A stretch of 62,556 bases of DNA, the filler included, from Choristocarpus tenellus KU-1152 (Eukaryota; Protista; Phaeophyceae), in NCBI GenBank assembly GCA_964200185.2. It is 12 parts of 12 records of this genome, joined end to end, with 100 filler letters (N's around TTAATTAATTAA, not from the genome) between each part and the next. Parts side by side here need not be neighbours in the genome. Positions count along the whole stretch, not along the records: positions 48,493 to 54,501 come from CAXNAD020009179.1; positions 54,602 to 58,489 come from CAXNAD020017352.1; positions 58,590 to 62,556 come from CAXNAD020016874.1; 9 more parts are not named here. The stretch is one strand, 5' to 3'. Shown piece by piece: positions 50,090 to 62,556 of the stretch. Numbering within the stretch: position 1 is the stretch's first letter; every line of letters starts with the position of its first letter. The notes under the pieces are model-generated. The model was not told the DNA's origin and did not search any database. It worked only from the letters and a program-made list of their open reading frames with translations. The position numbers and the translations under genes were made by a program.

Positions 50090-50790
50090 GGAAAGCTAAC
50101 AGTAGTGGGTAGTGGCGGTGAACCAAGAACGAAGTGTGTCATGCGCCGGTTCTGATGAAACGGACTTGGGCGTGTGGATGCGAAATTATTGGACTCCAAG
50201 AAACAAGACGAGGTGGAAAATCTGAACTTGAACTCTCTGAGCTGAACTACACCGTGCTTTTCAGTGTAGGTGTGCCAACACTAGCAACTGTGGAGCGAAG
50301 AAGTCAATTCTCAAACGTTTCGCCCACGGATTAGAATACTTTGGTGTATGAATGACGAAGGTCCGGTTACTGATGACAGGGAGTTGAAGTGAGGATACGT
50401 TTTTTGTGGGATATATTCTAACTGAAGAGAACCCGCCGACAACCAAGGACACTTCTGGGAGAAGGTGCGCAATGTGGTGCAGCAGACTCCCGCCAGGTAC
50501 AAGTTATTTATCCTGATGGAAATGAACACCTGTACTGGAAGGAGAGGCGAGGGAGGGGGGGGTCACAGCTGCGGGGTGCTGGGGATATTTGATTGTGATG
50601 TCTTGAACAACAATAGTGAGTGCCTGTTGGTGTCTGAGAGGGATGAACAGACTTGCACGTGTCAATATGTTGTTCGTTGTATTCAGGGGAAAAGTCCCAC
50701 GCATACCTGGGCAACCATGGGGAGAAGGGGTGACTTCATCTTGATTTTGTTTTCACACTCAAGGTTGACTGTCTGCCACATCGTAATGGT
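50090..50790 (+). mobile_element. Decayed non-LTR retrotransposon APE endonuclease (RTE-like LINE)
   Basis: GCEIIGLQETRR..YTVLFS and LMEMNTCTGRR..G..N.NSECLL correspond to the QETR and GDFNAR..N.NG..LL endonuclease motifs. Multiple frameshifts. Confidence 0.75.
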
Positions 50791-51479
50791 GGATACTGAA
50801 TCGCACCCTAGTAGAAAAATATGTATTTTCCCAACTGAAAGGTCAGGATTGACTTGGTGAGTGTGTCTGAGGCAAAAACCCTCTCAGTGACAACCAAGGA
50901 CACAAGTGTGTATGTAACTACGAATTTCGACATGACAGTCTCATACACAGCCCATTTGTTAGAAGCTTCTTTGGCGGTACTGACAGCTCCCATGCAAAAG
51001 GTGCTGCGAGGAGGGTGGTGTGCAAGTGAACAAGCTCAAGCAAGCTCGTTGGAGGTCTTGGGAGAAATGGGAACAGGTATGGCAACAACGCGGATGGACC
51101 CCCGAAGTGCCATTTCAAAAAGGTGTTCAAGGTGGCTGACAAAGCTCAAAGAGGGAGCCCCGCCTTGCAGCAGGTCCTTGACATGCACCAGGAAAATGGA
51201 AGACCTGTTCACTGTAGAGATCAAGCTGTTTTCTACCAATACCTGAAAGCTTCATCGTAGAGTGGACCAGACAGAGTGCCTCCCAATGCTTCTGCGACGA
51301 ATCCGGCAGGCTACTGAGAGAGCAAGGACTATCCACTTTGCATGTACAGTAGTGAAAAATTGCTAATACTACGTTGTAGCATCTTTGTGGAGGAGCAGAG
51401 GTCTTCATATCTCGCCAGGACCTTTTGGGGATGGAATAGAGCAGCGTTTGCATTTTTGGTCATATTTTCCAGGTGGGCG

Positions 51480-52745
51480 AACATAGGAACCTCCAAACTA
51501 AATCGCCATGGCTGGCTGGGTAGGTGGCAAGTAATATAGTGTCCTGAGTATCGTCATTTTTGTCCTCTAACCAGCACAACGGCAGCTGTATGGTCTTCAT
51601 ATCTACACACACATATAGAATCATTCCGATAAAGAATTCGTTTCTTTTTTTTTTATGCCTTGAAATAACCCCAGAGGTAGAAGGGAAAGGGGTGTGGTAT
51701 GTAATTGATTATAGACATTGACAGGTTCACGTCTAGCAATAGCTACCAATAATATCCCCACTACTTCCATGCTGGGGCACTTGCCAGATCAACTCCGTAC
51801 GAGGATACCGGCCTCCTCCTGGGTATTACGTATGCAGAAGTGCAAGCAGTCTCCCATCTACCAAACTCATGCACCAGTAATGGTGTAGCTGCTGCTGCAA
51901 CTGAGGCGCGAAAGTGCACCCACGTTGAGGATTCTTTTGACCCTCGTAGTTTTAACCTCAACACCTTCGCAATGGAAAGTTTTGGCAGATCCGTAAGCAA
52001 GCAGAAATTTTTCTAGACGAGTTAGCTACGCACACGGTAGGGGGGAGAGGGGCAGGAGGCTACAGGAGGAAAGGAACTGTCAAGTCCCCTTTATGACAGA
52101 TAGCGTCTGTCACAACACAAGTGGCTCTATCAAGACGTGTCATGCGTTTTAAGCTGGAGACACTAGGGAGATGGGCAAGGAGGGGCCTGTCAGATTCTCG
52201 GGGTGCTTCCCTAGCTCCTTGCCCAGTGGTGCAGGCTAAAACTTGGTTGGGGGCATAGGAAGGGAGTGGTGTAGCATAGCTAGTAGTCAAAGAGTAAATA
52301 GATGATAGAAACATATCTTTCACATCTACGACAACTGCTACTTTTACAGGGGTTCTTATGATATTGAATCGACTTTTCATTACTTTTCCCCTGACTCATC
52401 TGCAAAATGTTAGAGGGCATAATAATATATCTATTTACCGATCATACTAGTAACTGAGGGGTACTATCTGAGTTAAACGTAGGGTGACAGCAATTTTGGA
52501 AAACCACGGCATGATTCAGCAGGGTCTACCATGAAATTTACCACATGGCATGGTAGTGGTAATTTGGAATAATGAGGTAAAATAGTGTTGAAGTCCGTCG
52601 TATGGTATGGCAACGGTAATAATGGAAAAAAATCTTGGTTTGATACGGTAATCCCATGGGTTTCAATGGTATTTTGAAATTTGGACGGTATGGTACGGAC
52701 GGTAAAGTGGTTCCGCAATTTCGCAATGGTTGAGGCTTCGATCAC
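51480..52745 (-). mobile_element. Possible hAT-like element remnant (BED-like start plus short subterminal repeats)
   Basis: SSTWVHFR at ~51915-51935 precedes a possible intron. Clustered A(T/C)GGTA motifs at 52543-52705. Confidence 0.3.
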
Positions 52746-53242
52746 AAGTCTCTTACACAACCTGAGAGGTAGCTCTCATGATATGCTCGTGGACCCTCCC
52801 CAATTGATATCAAACAAACCACCAGAATAAATCTTTCTTAAATATCTTGAATTCTTGCAATGTTCGTTCCTGAAAACGATGAATAAAGTCAAAATGAGCT
52901 TGTGAGTGTGTGTTTGTGTGTGGTGTTTCGGGAGGTTAGAAGCCCCTGTTGTTATTGTTGGTGGAGCAGAATTCGAGATTAATGGTGAGTGGAGCTCTTC
53001 AATCATGACTCTCTCAGGTTAGTTGCACACTTCGTCACGAGCAGGGAATGTACTCTTTGGCGTTTTGTTGTGAGCACTCTCTCCAGGAAACGGCTGAGAG
53101 TCAATGCTCCACACTGGGTGCTGTAGAGTAGAATGGGGCAATTGGACAGTTTATTGTTTCATTTTTTAGTGGGATGAGCCTCCAACTGTGGACACAGACA
53201 TCTATCCTGGCAGAAGTAATATGTCCCCCAAAGAGGTGTGAC

Positions 53243-53540
53243 CTATTGAACACAGCGACCACTCTCTCCATGCTCCCCCTCGCCGATAAACGACACCCTG
53301 GTCGTCTTGTCCTTTGTGGACTGTGTTCTAGCCTTGATCACCTCGTTGTGTTCTTGCTTGTAGGACTGTTTCAGGTACGCAATGAGCCCGGATGTGCCGT
53401 CCTTGGAGGTTGGAATGAGGACATGTCTGTACTTCGTTTGTCTACCATCCTCGATGACCAAGACAACACACTTTATATTCTTTGTCGTTATCTGGGGTGG
53501 GATGAACTTGTGAAAGAACTTCCATACCACTTATCTCGTG
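53243..53540 (-). pseudogene. Degenerate BED zinc-finger (hAT-type transposase N-terminus)
   Basis: VWKFF...IKC...GTSGLIAYLKQSYKQEH follows the VW.FF..C..C...GTS.L..HL...H pattern with several ligands lost. Confidence 0.55.
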
Positions 53541-54904
53541 GCAGATTTATACTCATTACTGCAGTAACCATTACCGTGATGAACCTCGCCAAATATTCAA
53601 ACCAACTGAGAGGTAGGCAGGGTTGCATTCAAAGTGTCTCAAGAAAGCTGAAAAGATGCCATGCTGTACAATTGCAGAAAGAGCCTTTGCTGAAATGTGA
53701 TCTCGCTTTGTGTGTGAAACGGGGGAACATCAATTTTGAGTACTCTATCCTGCACATAAAGCAATGAACTAGAGTGTATTGCACAGGGTTCGCTCCGAAA
53801 CAGAGAATTTAACTACTGTTAGGCAAAGGCCCTTTTCATAATTACAAAAGGGCGTGTTCACAATATACTTGCACATTATTGATGAAGTAGAGGTCAGTAA
53901 AATGGAGGTTCCTGATCTCACACGACCCAGGTTTAAGGGTGCCAATCCCTCCAGCGTTTACGATATTGGGGTGGTATAGTGGGTGGAACATTAGTTGTGT
54001 GACCACGAAACAGTGTGTTTATGTTGTTTGTTGAAATCGCTAGTGGTTAATATTATCGTACATCAAAGCGCTCCGCCAACTACTTTTGATTTTTTGGTCA
54101 GCCGAAATCTGGAGATTTCCACATTTTTCGGAATACTGTAGAACCCACAGGAAAATCCAGGACTTTTTATCAGTCCAGGACAGACACGTTGAAACTGATA
54201 ACGTCCACGGACCAACCCTTTTAAAACATCTTGGTACTGCCCCAAAATATCCGAAATGCATGTGGCAATAAATTCCTTTTTTGATGTATACCCTCAGCCA
54301 CCCCAAGTTCGATCATTGTGACAAAATCAACATAATTAGTTGCGAAAAATAGTGTCGGTGTGTAAATTCACACGTAAAATGTATCCAACCATGGCGATGT
54401 GTATACCCAAAAGCTAAAATAGTGTCCAACCTCAAGACGAATCAGAGTGTGTCCATGTGGGTGGGGGGGGGAGAGGGGTCAGAGCCAAAGTATCTTAGAG
54501 GNNNNNNNNNNNNNNNNNNNNNNNNNNNNNNNNNNNNNNNNNNNNTTAATTAATTAANNNNNNNNNNNNNNNNNNNNNNNNNNNNNNNNNNNNNNNNNNN
54601 NTCCTTAAGATTGACAGGAATGTTGGCTCTCATGACTCTCATGGCTCTCATTCCAAGCAACGTGTAATCATAGTGCTATCGTACATAGTGCTTCGCCTGC
54701 CCCCACACCATCTCTATTGGGTTCAATTCACAGTGCCCTGTGAGGGGCAGGCGACAACTCAGAGCTCAGTGGGCGTCACAGTGTCCTGTGAGTGACTTAA
54801 ACCGCATTAAGCCGAGGCCGCACGTACCGTTTTGGGGATTACCAATCTTGATATTTTTGAAAAGGTTGCCCAACGTGTTAATCGATTAAGAGCATATTGA
54901 ATGA

Positions 54905-55090
54905 AAGCTCTTGATCTAAGCTATCGATTTACGCAAAGAAATTCTTCGCCAAAATGTTTTGGTCGTGATAATTCACTCCGAAACATTTTCAAGGTTACGC
55001 CGAAAACATTCGGTTAAAATTTAACCTTACCAAAATATTTTTGAAGAATTTCTTTCCAGATATATATCGATAGGTTAGATCAAGACCTTT
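54905..55090. repeat. Imperfect fold-back inverted repeat
   Basis: AAGCTCTTGATCTAAGCTATCGAT..AAAGAAATTCTTC..AAAATGTTTTGGT pairs with ACCAAAATATTTT.GAAGAATTTCTTT..ATCGATAGGTTAGATCAAGACCTT. Confidence 0.75.
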
Positions 55091-55110
55091 ATGCTGACCG
55101 TCCACTAACT

Positions 55111-55181
55111 TAAGCTGGTACCACTAGTTTCGCCCTCTGTGGCAATATAGCTTTTCGCCCCTGTATCGTCGCAACAGATAT

Positions 55182-55212
<31 letters not shown>

Positions 55213-56650
55213 CAAATGAAAGGGTATGACAAGAAGAGCTTTTTTTGAAGGTTTGTATGGAGGAATGTACAAACTTCAGTAAACGAGAACTATGTCCCGA
55301 TAGAATAATGGAAAAAACGCTGGGGAATATCTCTGGAGCAATTTTGAAGGTCACGACTTCAAACGTACAAAAATGAAGTGGTTGGCTGAACTCCTTGCAG
55401 AAAACTGGTCCGGTGTAGGTTGCTGCCCAAGTTTGGTGCGGCCCTACACTGAGAAAAAAGAGCAGAAAAAAAAATAATTCCAGACATCTTTTTATCTGGG
55501 TATCTTTTTTACGCCTTTTGTAGACTTTCTGTGAGCACACACGCATGTGACTTACACAACAACATGAACCACAACGGTGAGACAAGGAGAGCCGCCGAGG
55601 CCACTATGCCCCGTGCATCTACCCTCCTCACCTTCTCTGTCGAGAGGTGACGGAAAAACGAGTACCGTGTGTGACACTCAGTGCGATGTTAGGTGACGAG
55701 AAGTGCGAGTAGTGTGGCGCAGCAGCATGATCAAATCGCGAAATGGACCACGCGGTCGCGACACTGACGCTGAGAGAAGATGCATTGAAAGCATTTCCAC
55801 ACCAAAGTGGTTGGATCTTCAACCACGTCGGAGCACTGCTCTGAATTCTCTGCCACCCCGGGAAAGCAGGAAGAGAGCGGCGAGTCCATCAACAGATGAT
55901 ACATTGACGAAGTCTGTGGGGAAGCCTGGTCGCGGCGGGCGAAGGGAGAACCAGGGTGGCCGCCGGAAGGGAAGATTGAGGAAGAGAGCTGTGCGACTGT
56001 GTGCCATTGTGCTCAGGAAATGCCTAAGTGAAAAACCCAGGTGTAGAATATCATAGTAGTTGACGGTTGCAGCAGGCCCTGGCTGTTTGGAAGCTGTGCG
56101 AGCCAGAGTGACTTAAGGAAACGAGAAAGAAGGTGTTACAGTTGGGCTACAAGGGCTCTGAAGCCCGAACGTAGACCGAAAGGGCTCGCAAGGTGAAGGA
56201 GAAAGCAATCATAACAAAGGCAGCTGTGAAGACTTTTCGATATCACCAAATCCTTTACTAAGAAGAGGTTGTGAAGTAGGACCTGGTGGAGGTAACCATC
56301 GACAAGGACTCCAGGGAAGAAGAGGAGGTGAGATTGAGACCATTTGCACACCGATCGATGGTTTGGTGTCTCCCACTTCTTGAAAGATGCCGTATATTCA
56401 CTTTTGTTCCTGGACTTAGGGTTGGATATATAAAGTTGATTAAGGCTTTCTCCCCGCCTACATTCATCGAGAAATCAACACAATTTTTGATCAACTCAAG
56501 CCTGTCTTCCCTCGCCCTTGCGCCTTGATGATAAAATATCACCCGTCCAGGAAACACGAACAACGCCCACTTCCGGCACTCAACAAGGAAATGTGATAGT
56601 AAAGGCTCTAACACTGCAGATCCTATACCTGCGTATGAACGACGAGAAAA
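55111..56650 (+). mobile_element. DNA transposon family D, second copy (3'-truncated, abuts Crypton-like gene)
   Basis: Collinear reverse-complement homology with 38460-39909; lacks the MITE insertion. Confidence 0.8.
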
Positions 56651-56654
56651 GTGC

Positions 56655-58404
56655 ATGGCAGAAGCAAAAAAACCCAATGATGTACGGGGATTTGCCATGG
56701 CTGGCTCCGCCCAGCATATCCTGCACATGGGTGGAAGAAGTGCTATGAATGAGCTTGCGAACATTAAACTCTCCGATTTTAGGGTGCAGGAAGACTGTGG
56801 ATACTTCTACACCAATCGTTTTGTGAGTGTTTGCAGCTTTACTCAATGGGCGAGTTGTTACTGAATGCATCTCTCTTTCTCGTGTACATATTTGGGCGAC
56901 TAAGACGGATTTGCTTCACGTAGAGTACATGTTGTTCTCTACTGCATCTAAAACGTGAGAACATGACAAGAAACTGTATCCATCCCATTGTCTTACACCT
57001 TCCCTACATGTTCACCTTCCTTTTGTGCATTGAAGTCCTACGACATTATTAGCAGTGTGCTGTCATCATTTGCATAAAGCTGTCATTATGCTTCTTTTTT
57101 GCCTTCGTCCACAGTCACTCGTCGTCCTGGCCTGTACTGCCCATACTTGCAATAGTATTTCCCTTTCTCATTGTTCATTGTCATTCCTCACCTTCCTTCT
57201 GTCGCTCTCGTAAGTGCACCTCATATTATTAAAAGAGTCACGATCCAATCCACCCTCAACTTCTTGTTCTTTCCCATTTCCTTTCCTTGTATAGGGCGAG
57301 ACGTTCTGTGAGCTAACTCCAACATACGACATGAAATCGGGACCTGGACAGATCATCCACCAAACCAGGCATGCTAAGGAACGCCAGCCACGTTGTATCT
57401 CTTCACAGCTCTTCAAGGAACTCTTCCTCCTCTTCAATGCCCACCGACCTGACAATGCTGCCGATCGTTTCTTTCTACAGCTGTCAAGGAATACAAACCT
57501 ATCCTTTGGACAAGACTCCCCTCCTTGGTTCACCACACAGGCAGTGGGAAAGAATTCAGATCACATGAAGTGCATCAGTAGGTACGCCAAGGACCTCGGT
57601 CTCTTGAACAACCTTACTAACACCTCTGTCAGGTGCCTAATTCAGACCCAGCTCACCATTGCCAACGTGCCTGTAGGTGTGAGTGCTATCACTGTTAGAC
57701 ACATGTTGGGTAAAGGAAGTGTGCATGCCTCAGCTGAGGGACGTCTTGGTGTAGATACCAAGAACAATGCTCTCTATGTAGAGGGTATGCGCAACCAGGC
57801 CATGAGGGAGGTTGCGGCCATGATTCTTGATGGGCGTGGGACATGGGACAGCCTTGATGGCAACAAAAGGATCCTGGGCAGTGTCACCCCCAATACTGGC
57901 GCGAGTATAGGTGCCATATCTGCCAATACGCCCACTACCGCTGAAGGTGTAGCAACACCCCCTTCTCCTGTGCCCTCTCAACCTCTGTGGACACAGCATG
58001 GAAAATCCATTCTCCTGTCCATGGCACACACCAACAGATCCATCTCCTGGGCGACTGGTGTGCCTCTTCCAACTGTGTCTCAGAAGTACTGTGTCCCATA
58101 TCCCAGCATGATTCAGACACCACGGACAACTTCCATCCCCCCGTACAGTGCACCACATCTTGGCGTTGTAGATCCCCATAACTGGCTGCAACTTGGTGGG
58201 CCCAACGCAATATCGATGCCACACCTGGGCTACTCCTACCAAGAAAAAAACATTTCTTTGGGCCGCCTGGACGGTGTAGAGTACAGGCAGAGGATCAAAG
58301 TATCTGGGGGGGGGTGTCGGCGTCCGTTTTTCACCCTTTTTTCGATTTTCGATTTGGTCGCACGTTTCGGATTTGAAATGTCAGCAAAAAAAAGAGCTAT
58401 TTGA
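56655..58404 (+). CDS. Intron-containing Crypton-like tyrosine recombinase (DUF3504-like), 5' end lost, 3' end runs into a family B MITE
   Basis: Exon 56655-56822 HILHMGGRSAMNELANIKLSDF (first Arg box). GTGAGT..GTATAG phase-0 intron to 57295, in frame with ORF 57331: YDMKS, RPD..RFFL..WFTTQAVGKN..GL..LTNTSVR..TQL..VP..RH..NALY. Confidence 0.75.
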
Positions 58405-58449
58405 TCGAAACGGACGCCCCCTCACAAACCACACCCCCCACCCCCCCCC

Positions 58450-58489
<40 letters not shown>
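58292..58489 (+). mobile_element. MITE family B-type end at contig break
   Basis: GGATCAAAGTATCTGGGGGGGG followed ~130 bp later by a poly-C tract. Confidence 0.65.
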
Positions 58490-58941
58490 NNNNNNNNNNN
58501 NNNNNNNNNNNNNNNNNNNNNNNNNNNNNNNNNTTAATTAATTAANNNNNNNNNNNNNNNNNNNNNNNNNNNNNNNNNNNNNNNNNNNNTATATGACATA
58601 CGAGCAATACGGTATAATGACAGACAAACATGCTTTCCACACATACCTCTCATGGCAAGACAGTGAAAACAAGTAAGATTGCCCCAGACTGTGAACCTAT
58701 TGGTACCGCTTAGTAGTAGCAGCAGTAGTAGTATGAGTTGAAAGTAGTAGAATATATTTATTACTGTAGTATGCACTGCTACTAAGTACAATAGTGTAAA
58801 CAGTATTATAATATTTTCTATTACTACTCATAAACCTACCACTGACCCGTGGTCAGAGGTAACAACCACACCAACTTCTCATCTCGTGTTGTTTGCTATA
58901 TAGTTGTAACCCTGCTCCTCAAAGAATCAACGATCTCTAAC

Positions 58942-60925
58942 ATGCCACGTCCTTTTGCGAACTCGGACCACGCTCTCTTCCAAAGAACTCTACACACAAG
59001 CAATCGCTATGTTTCCGTAGGTGCATTGTATGGGGGTCTGCTGCTGGCTGGTGCTTGGGATATTTGGACATCATCCACAATTTCGTTGCTGACAGAGCAA
59101 CAGGAAAGGGAGTCGGCCAGACGTGTATTGGGAGGGCGAGTGGGCGCATCAAGCCTCATCACTGCAGGGATTGCTATCTTGCTTTGCAGCTACATGGTGA
59201 GGGAGTAATAATCGATGGTTTCTACCTGTAACAGCCCTTTCTCGTGCAGACTCTTTGGGCGATGGTCTTCATTCTCGTCTACAACTTGTTATTCCTCCCC
59301 ATTTATCATCTTCTTTAAATTTAACGTGTTTTACAAACCTTTTAAATAATCGAGGATAATATTGAGGACGATTTGGGCTATCTCCTCTACTTTTTGTATC
59401 TCGATCACCTCTTGGTTCGTTTTTTTGCCTGTACCCAACTCACACGCCTACACAAGTGCACACCTTATTTGGGGGGTCGCTATGGCTTCGCCTGCAGAAG
59501 GCCAAAGAAAATCGAAGGCACGAGCATTCGACTGATTACCCATGGGTTGTGTGTACCCCAACACACTCCCCATCCCTACCTCCACGGACTGGATGTCCAA
59601 GGACAAGTCGAGCTGACGCAAGGGCCATCTCCAACCCTCCTATCCTGTGAATCTCTACACCTGGCAATGTCCTTCGCCGCTTTAAAGAGAGGGCATGATC
59701 CTGCCAGAGCCTTTGCCCCTTCGAGTAACCGTGGAATGTTTAACGTGCTCTCACAAATCCCTGAGTATCATTAGTTACATTGAACAGGCAGGTGAGGTGC
59801 TGTGAGGCCTACGTTAATCATCAGAGAAGGGAAGCAGCACCATTGAATCGAGTGTGCGATTGTTGTCCATAAACTCTGCACTACATATGATGAGAAAAAT
59901 GCAGAAGCCGAGTCTTGCCAACCGTTGTGTGTCGTTAACATTGGTATGAGATACAGTAAACGCCGACAACTGTTCCTGTAACACAAACACATATCTAATT
60001 AATCAGACTTTCTCCCTGAGAAGAATGCACAATTGTTTGTGACGTTTCATTGGGTCACCTGTTCACTCTCATCATGACAGGTTCGCAAGTGTTGTAGACG
60101 ATCAGCTGATGGAACCTGTGTGGAAGTTAACTGGCATGATTTATTCAAGAACACACACCTTGGGCGCACTGTGTCAGCGGCCATGACAGCTGTGAGTGCC
60201 ACGAGCCTTATTTGTTCGTTATACACATGTGTTGTAAACACCTTCCTCTCCATTTACGTTGCTACTTTTGTATCAACATTGTTTTTGTGCATGCTGAACT
60301 ATAGTCTTGAAGAGAGATCAAGGGTAGAATGATAGGTGAGCGTCAAAGGTGGCACAAGACTGGTCGAGATGTCTTGAAATCTTTGAAAATCACAGCGTGA
60401 GCTTTTTTGATAACCCGAACACAAACATACCATTACGAGCAGCTTGTGTCAAATTATCCTGTGACTTCACATATATGAATCCTACAAATTCTCCTCACCG
60501 ATCTCCAATACATACCTTTTTTATTCTAGACTTGGTGTGTTTGTCAAGCAGTCATAAGGCTAGTTACTTTGTACTATGGTTCTAAGTTTTTCTCTTTACA
60601 ACATACATGGTACTACTTGGTAGCACAACATGACAAAACTCCTGGGTCAACACTCCCCGTGCTTTCACTTGCTTTGTATTTTAGGTGTTTACCTGGCGGG
60701 CATGTGACATTTATCGGGGGATGGAGGATGGGGATGGACCAATGAGGGTGGTCATTGTTTTTGGGACTGCTGCATTCATCAGTGTTTTGGCAGCAGGAGC
60801 GTTGCATACCCTTCACTTTCGTGTGAGCACTGTTCCTTTGTTTGGTTGCATGTGTTTTTCTCCCTGTAGAGTTGTGAACCATGACTTCACTCACTTGCAC
60901 ATAGCTCAATTGTTTTCCGTAGGTA
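58942..60925 (+). CDS. Exon fragments of a multi-pass membrane protein (possibly a pseudogene)
   Basis: Hydrophobic ORF blocks 58942-59196 (ending ATG|GTGAGG), ~60080-60335 and 60685-60921 (TTTTAG|...|GTAGG). Confidence 0.4.
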
Positions 60926-61594
60926 GGTAGTACTAATCTGCCTTTGAAGAGACATTTTGATATTGTCATTATTATCATCTTAGCCGGGGGACCATCCCAA
61001 CCTGTGGTCAGAGGCACTAAACACTCCACTATTTCTTGTACTTCTCTGTTTAGAATTAAATATAATATAACCTTTGCAAACTCCGCTCTTGCTCGGGAAT
61101 AACTCGTGCGATTAACCCTCTAGATGAGGCTTAGTCCTCAACTAGATTGGGAGACATGCAAAGTTGACCAAGTTGCATTTGACAGGGTTCAAGAACCTCG
61201 TGAAACTGTCAAAGCAAGTGTTTGTTGGAATGCCTGCAACAAAGGCCCCCCGTCGTTCAAGCAACTCGCTCATCCCAACATCACCCATTGGTCCCAACTC
61301 TTCAGCCCAGAAGTCTGTCCAGGGTCAGGACTGAAACACCCTGACAAAGAACAATATGGTGGCACAATACCTGGAGGTGAGAGGGCGTGAGAGTGAGATG
61401 CTGTGGGGGACAGCGGGGGCCATTGCGGATGACTCAGAATTTTCCAAATCGCCATGTTTCGTCATCTGAAGGGGTATGACAGCCAGATCACATAGGGTGA
61501 ATGCATGGACCTTGTACAACCTCACAAGGGTTGATGTGGCTGCCGTACAAGTGTCCTTTATGTTTGGGATGCCCCATCAGTACACTGCACATCC

Positions 61595-62520
61595 TTCTAC
61601 AAATGGACTGCCAAAGCTGGGTTCTCACTTGCATCATTGCGGTATCTGTGCAAGTGTGAGAAGGCCAAGAAGGTCAAGCGGTGGATTAAGCCAGTTCTTC
61701 TAGACCAGCAGAAAGTCAACAGGGTGGGTTTTCTCATCAGCCACATACACAGACAGAATGGGGGGGAAGTGGGGCGTTAGTGGATATCTATATGACTGGG
61801 TGAATGTGAGGAGAACTGCTTTTTCATCCTCATAGATAGGCAAGGTGTGCACCTGCACCCCACTGAGGACACCCCAAACCCCCACAAACACAGAATAAGT
61901 GTTGCATTACAAAAGTGACTATTTCAGCTGTGACCTGCCCTAGAAAGCTCTCCAATGAGTTGGTGGTTGGATGAGAAAATCAGGATCTGGCAAATCGTGG
62001 ACACAAAGGTCACTCAGCGCTCCAGCAAACACCTCCGTGGCTGGCACCAACGTTCTTGTGCCAGCCACGGAGGACTGGAAGAGGTATAAGAAGCCCATGA
62101 TTGAGGTTGTCATGCCAGCAATCAAGGCCTGCATGCATAGGCCAGAAGGACACAACATCTTGGTGCAGCAGGATGGGGCGAAGCCGCACACGAAGGGGGG
62201 GATCATGGAGGGAATCGAGGAGGCAGAGGGGGATGACACTGCCACAGAGACCCAGTCAGTTAACTCACCCGACCTAAAATTTCAACAACCTGTGATTCTT
62301 TCATTCCACCCAGCAACTGAAGGAAGACACAGGGTTGACCATCACAGAGGAGGTGGTGGAGGCCACAATGGAGGCGTTTGATGTGTACTCCTTGGAGATT
62401 CTAGAGTGCCTCTCGCAGAGCGAGTGCCTCTCGCAGAGCCTCTTTGGAGTCTACAGTGAAGTGCTGGGGTCCAAGGGGGACAATGCCTTCAAAATTCCCA
62501 ATATTAGCAGGGAAACGGCT
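61595..62520 (+). mobile_element. Mariner-type (plant/oomycete DD39D-like) transposase pseudogene
   Basis: WIKPVL..QKVNRVGF, YDWVNV, PAIK..ILVQQDGAKPH..NSPDL, FFHSTQQLK..VEAT.EAF..KGDNAFKIP across frameshifts. Confidence 0.85.
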
Positions 62521-62556
62521 GAGAATTCGGGCAACCCCCCCCCCCCCCCGAATGCC

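Noticed and set aside
6089-58589. Regularly recurring TTAATTAATTAA palindrome, and ORFs ending in XXXX-LIN
   Set aside because: Artificial contig-joining linker, not biology. Cross-linker gene neighbourhoods were not treated as real.
1-62556. Fanzor/TnpB, giant-virus core genes or reverse transcriptase
   Set aside because: Looked for RuvC plus Zn-finger, capsid, packaging ATPase and YxDD motifs in the ORF track; none were recognisable.

Overview
This is not one locus. It is 12 short eukaryotic contigs joined by 100-nt artificial linkers (N44-TTAATTAATTAA-N44), so adjacency across linkers means nothing. GT-AG introns, interstitial TTAGGG tracts and the TE families suggest a stramenopile, probably a brown alga (inference). 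The DNA is mostly mobile elements and decayed genes. These include three related MITE families with G(A/G)NNNAAAGTA termini (family A has 3-bp TSDs, confirmed by an empty paralogous site), a mariner-type transposase pseudogene, an intron-containing Crypton-like tyrosine recombinase, a LINE endonuclease remnant, BED-finger/hAT remnants and a two-copy DNA transposon. There is also an intact tRNA-Val(CAC) with a decayed tRNA-derived array, a ~53-nt 28S rRNA fragment and a GCN5-type HAT domain. The most interesting signal is invisible in the ORF track because it is split by introns: a PHD finger fused to a bacterial-type beta-class (N4C/N6A) DNA methyltransferase-like domain with degenerate catalytic motifs (contig 2). 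Contig 1 holds a second decayed paralog. Contig 4 holds a spliced ParB/Srx-domain gene transcribed divergently from a Sola-type transposase N-terminus across a repeat array. Together these suggest a candidate transposon-borne ParB/PHD/amino-MTase chromatin module. All protein assignments are by-eye motif recognition, not database searches.
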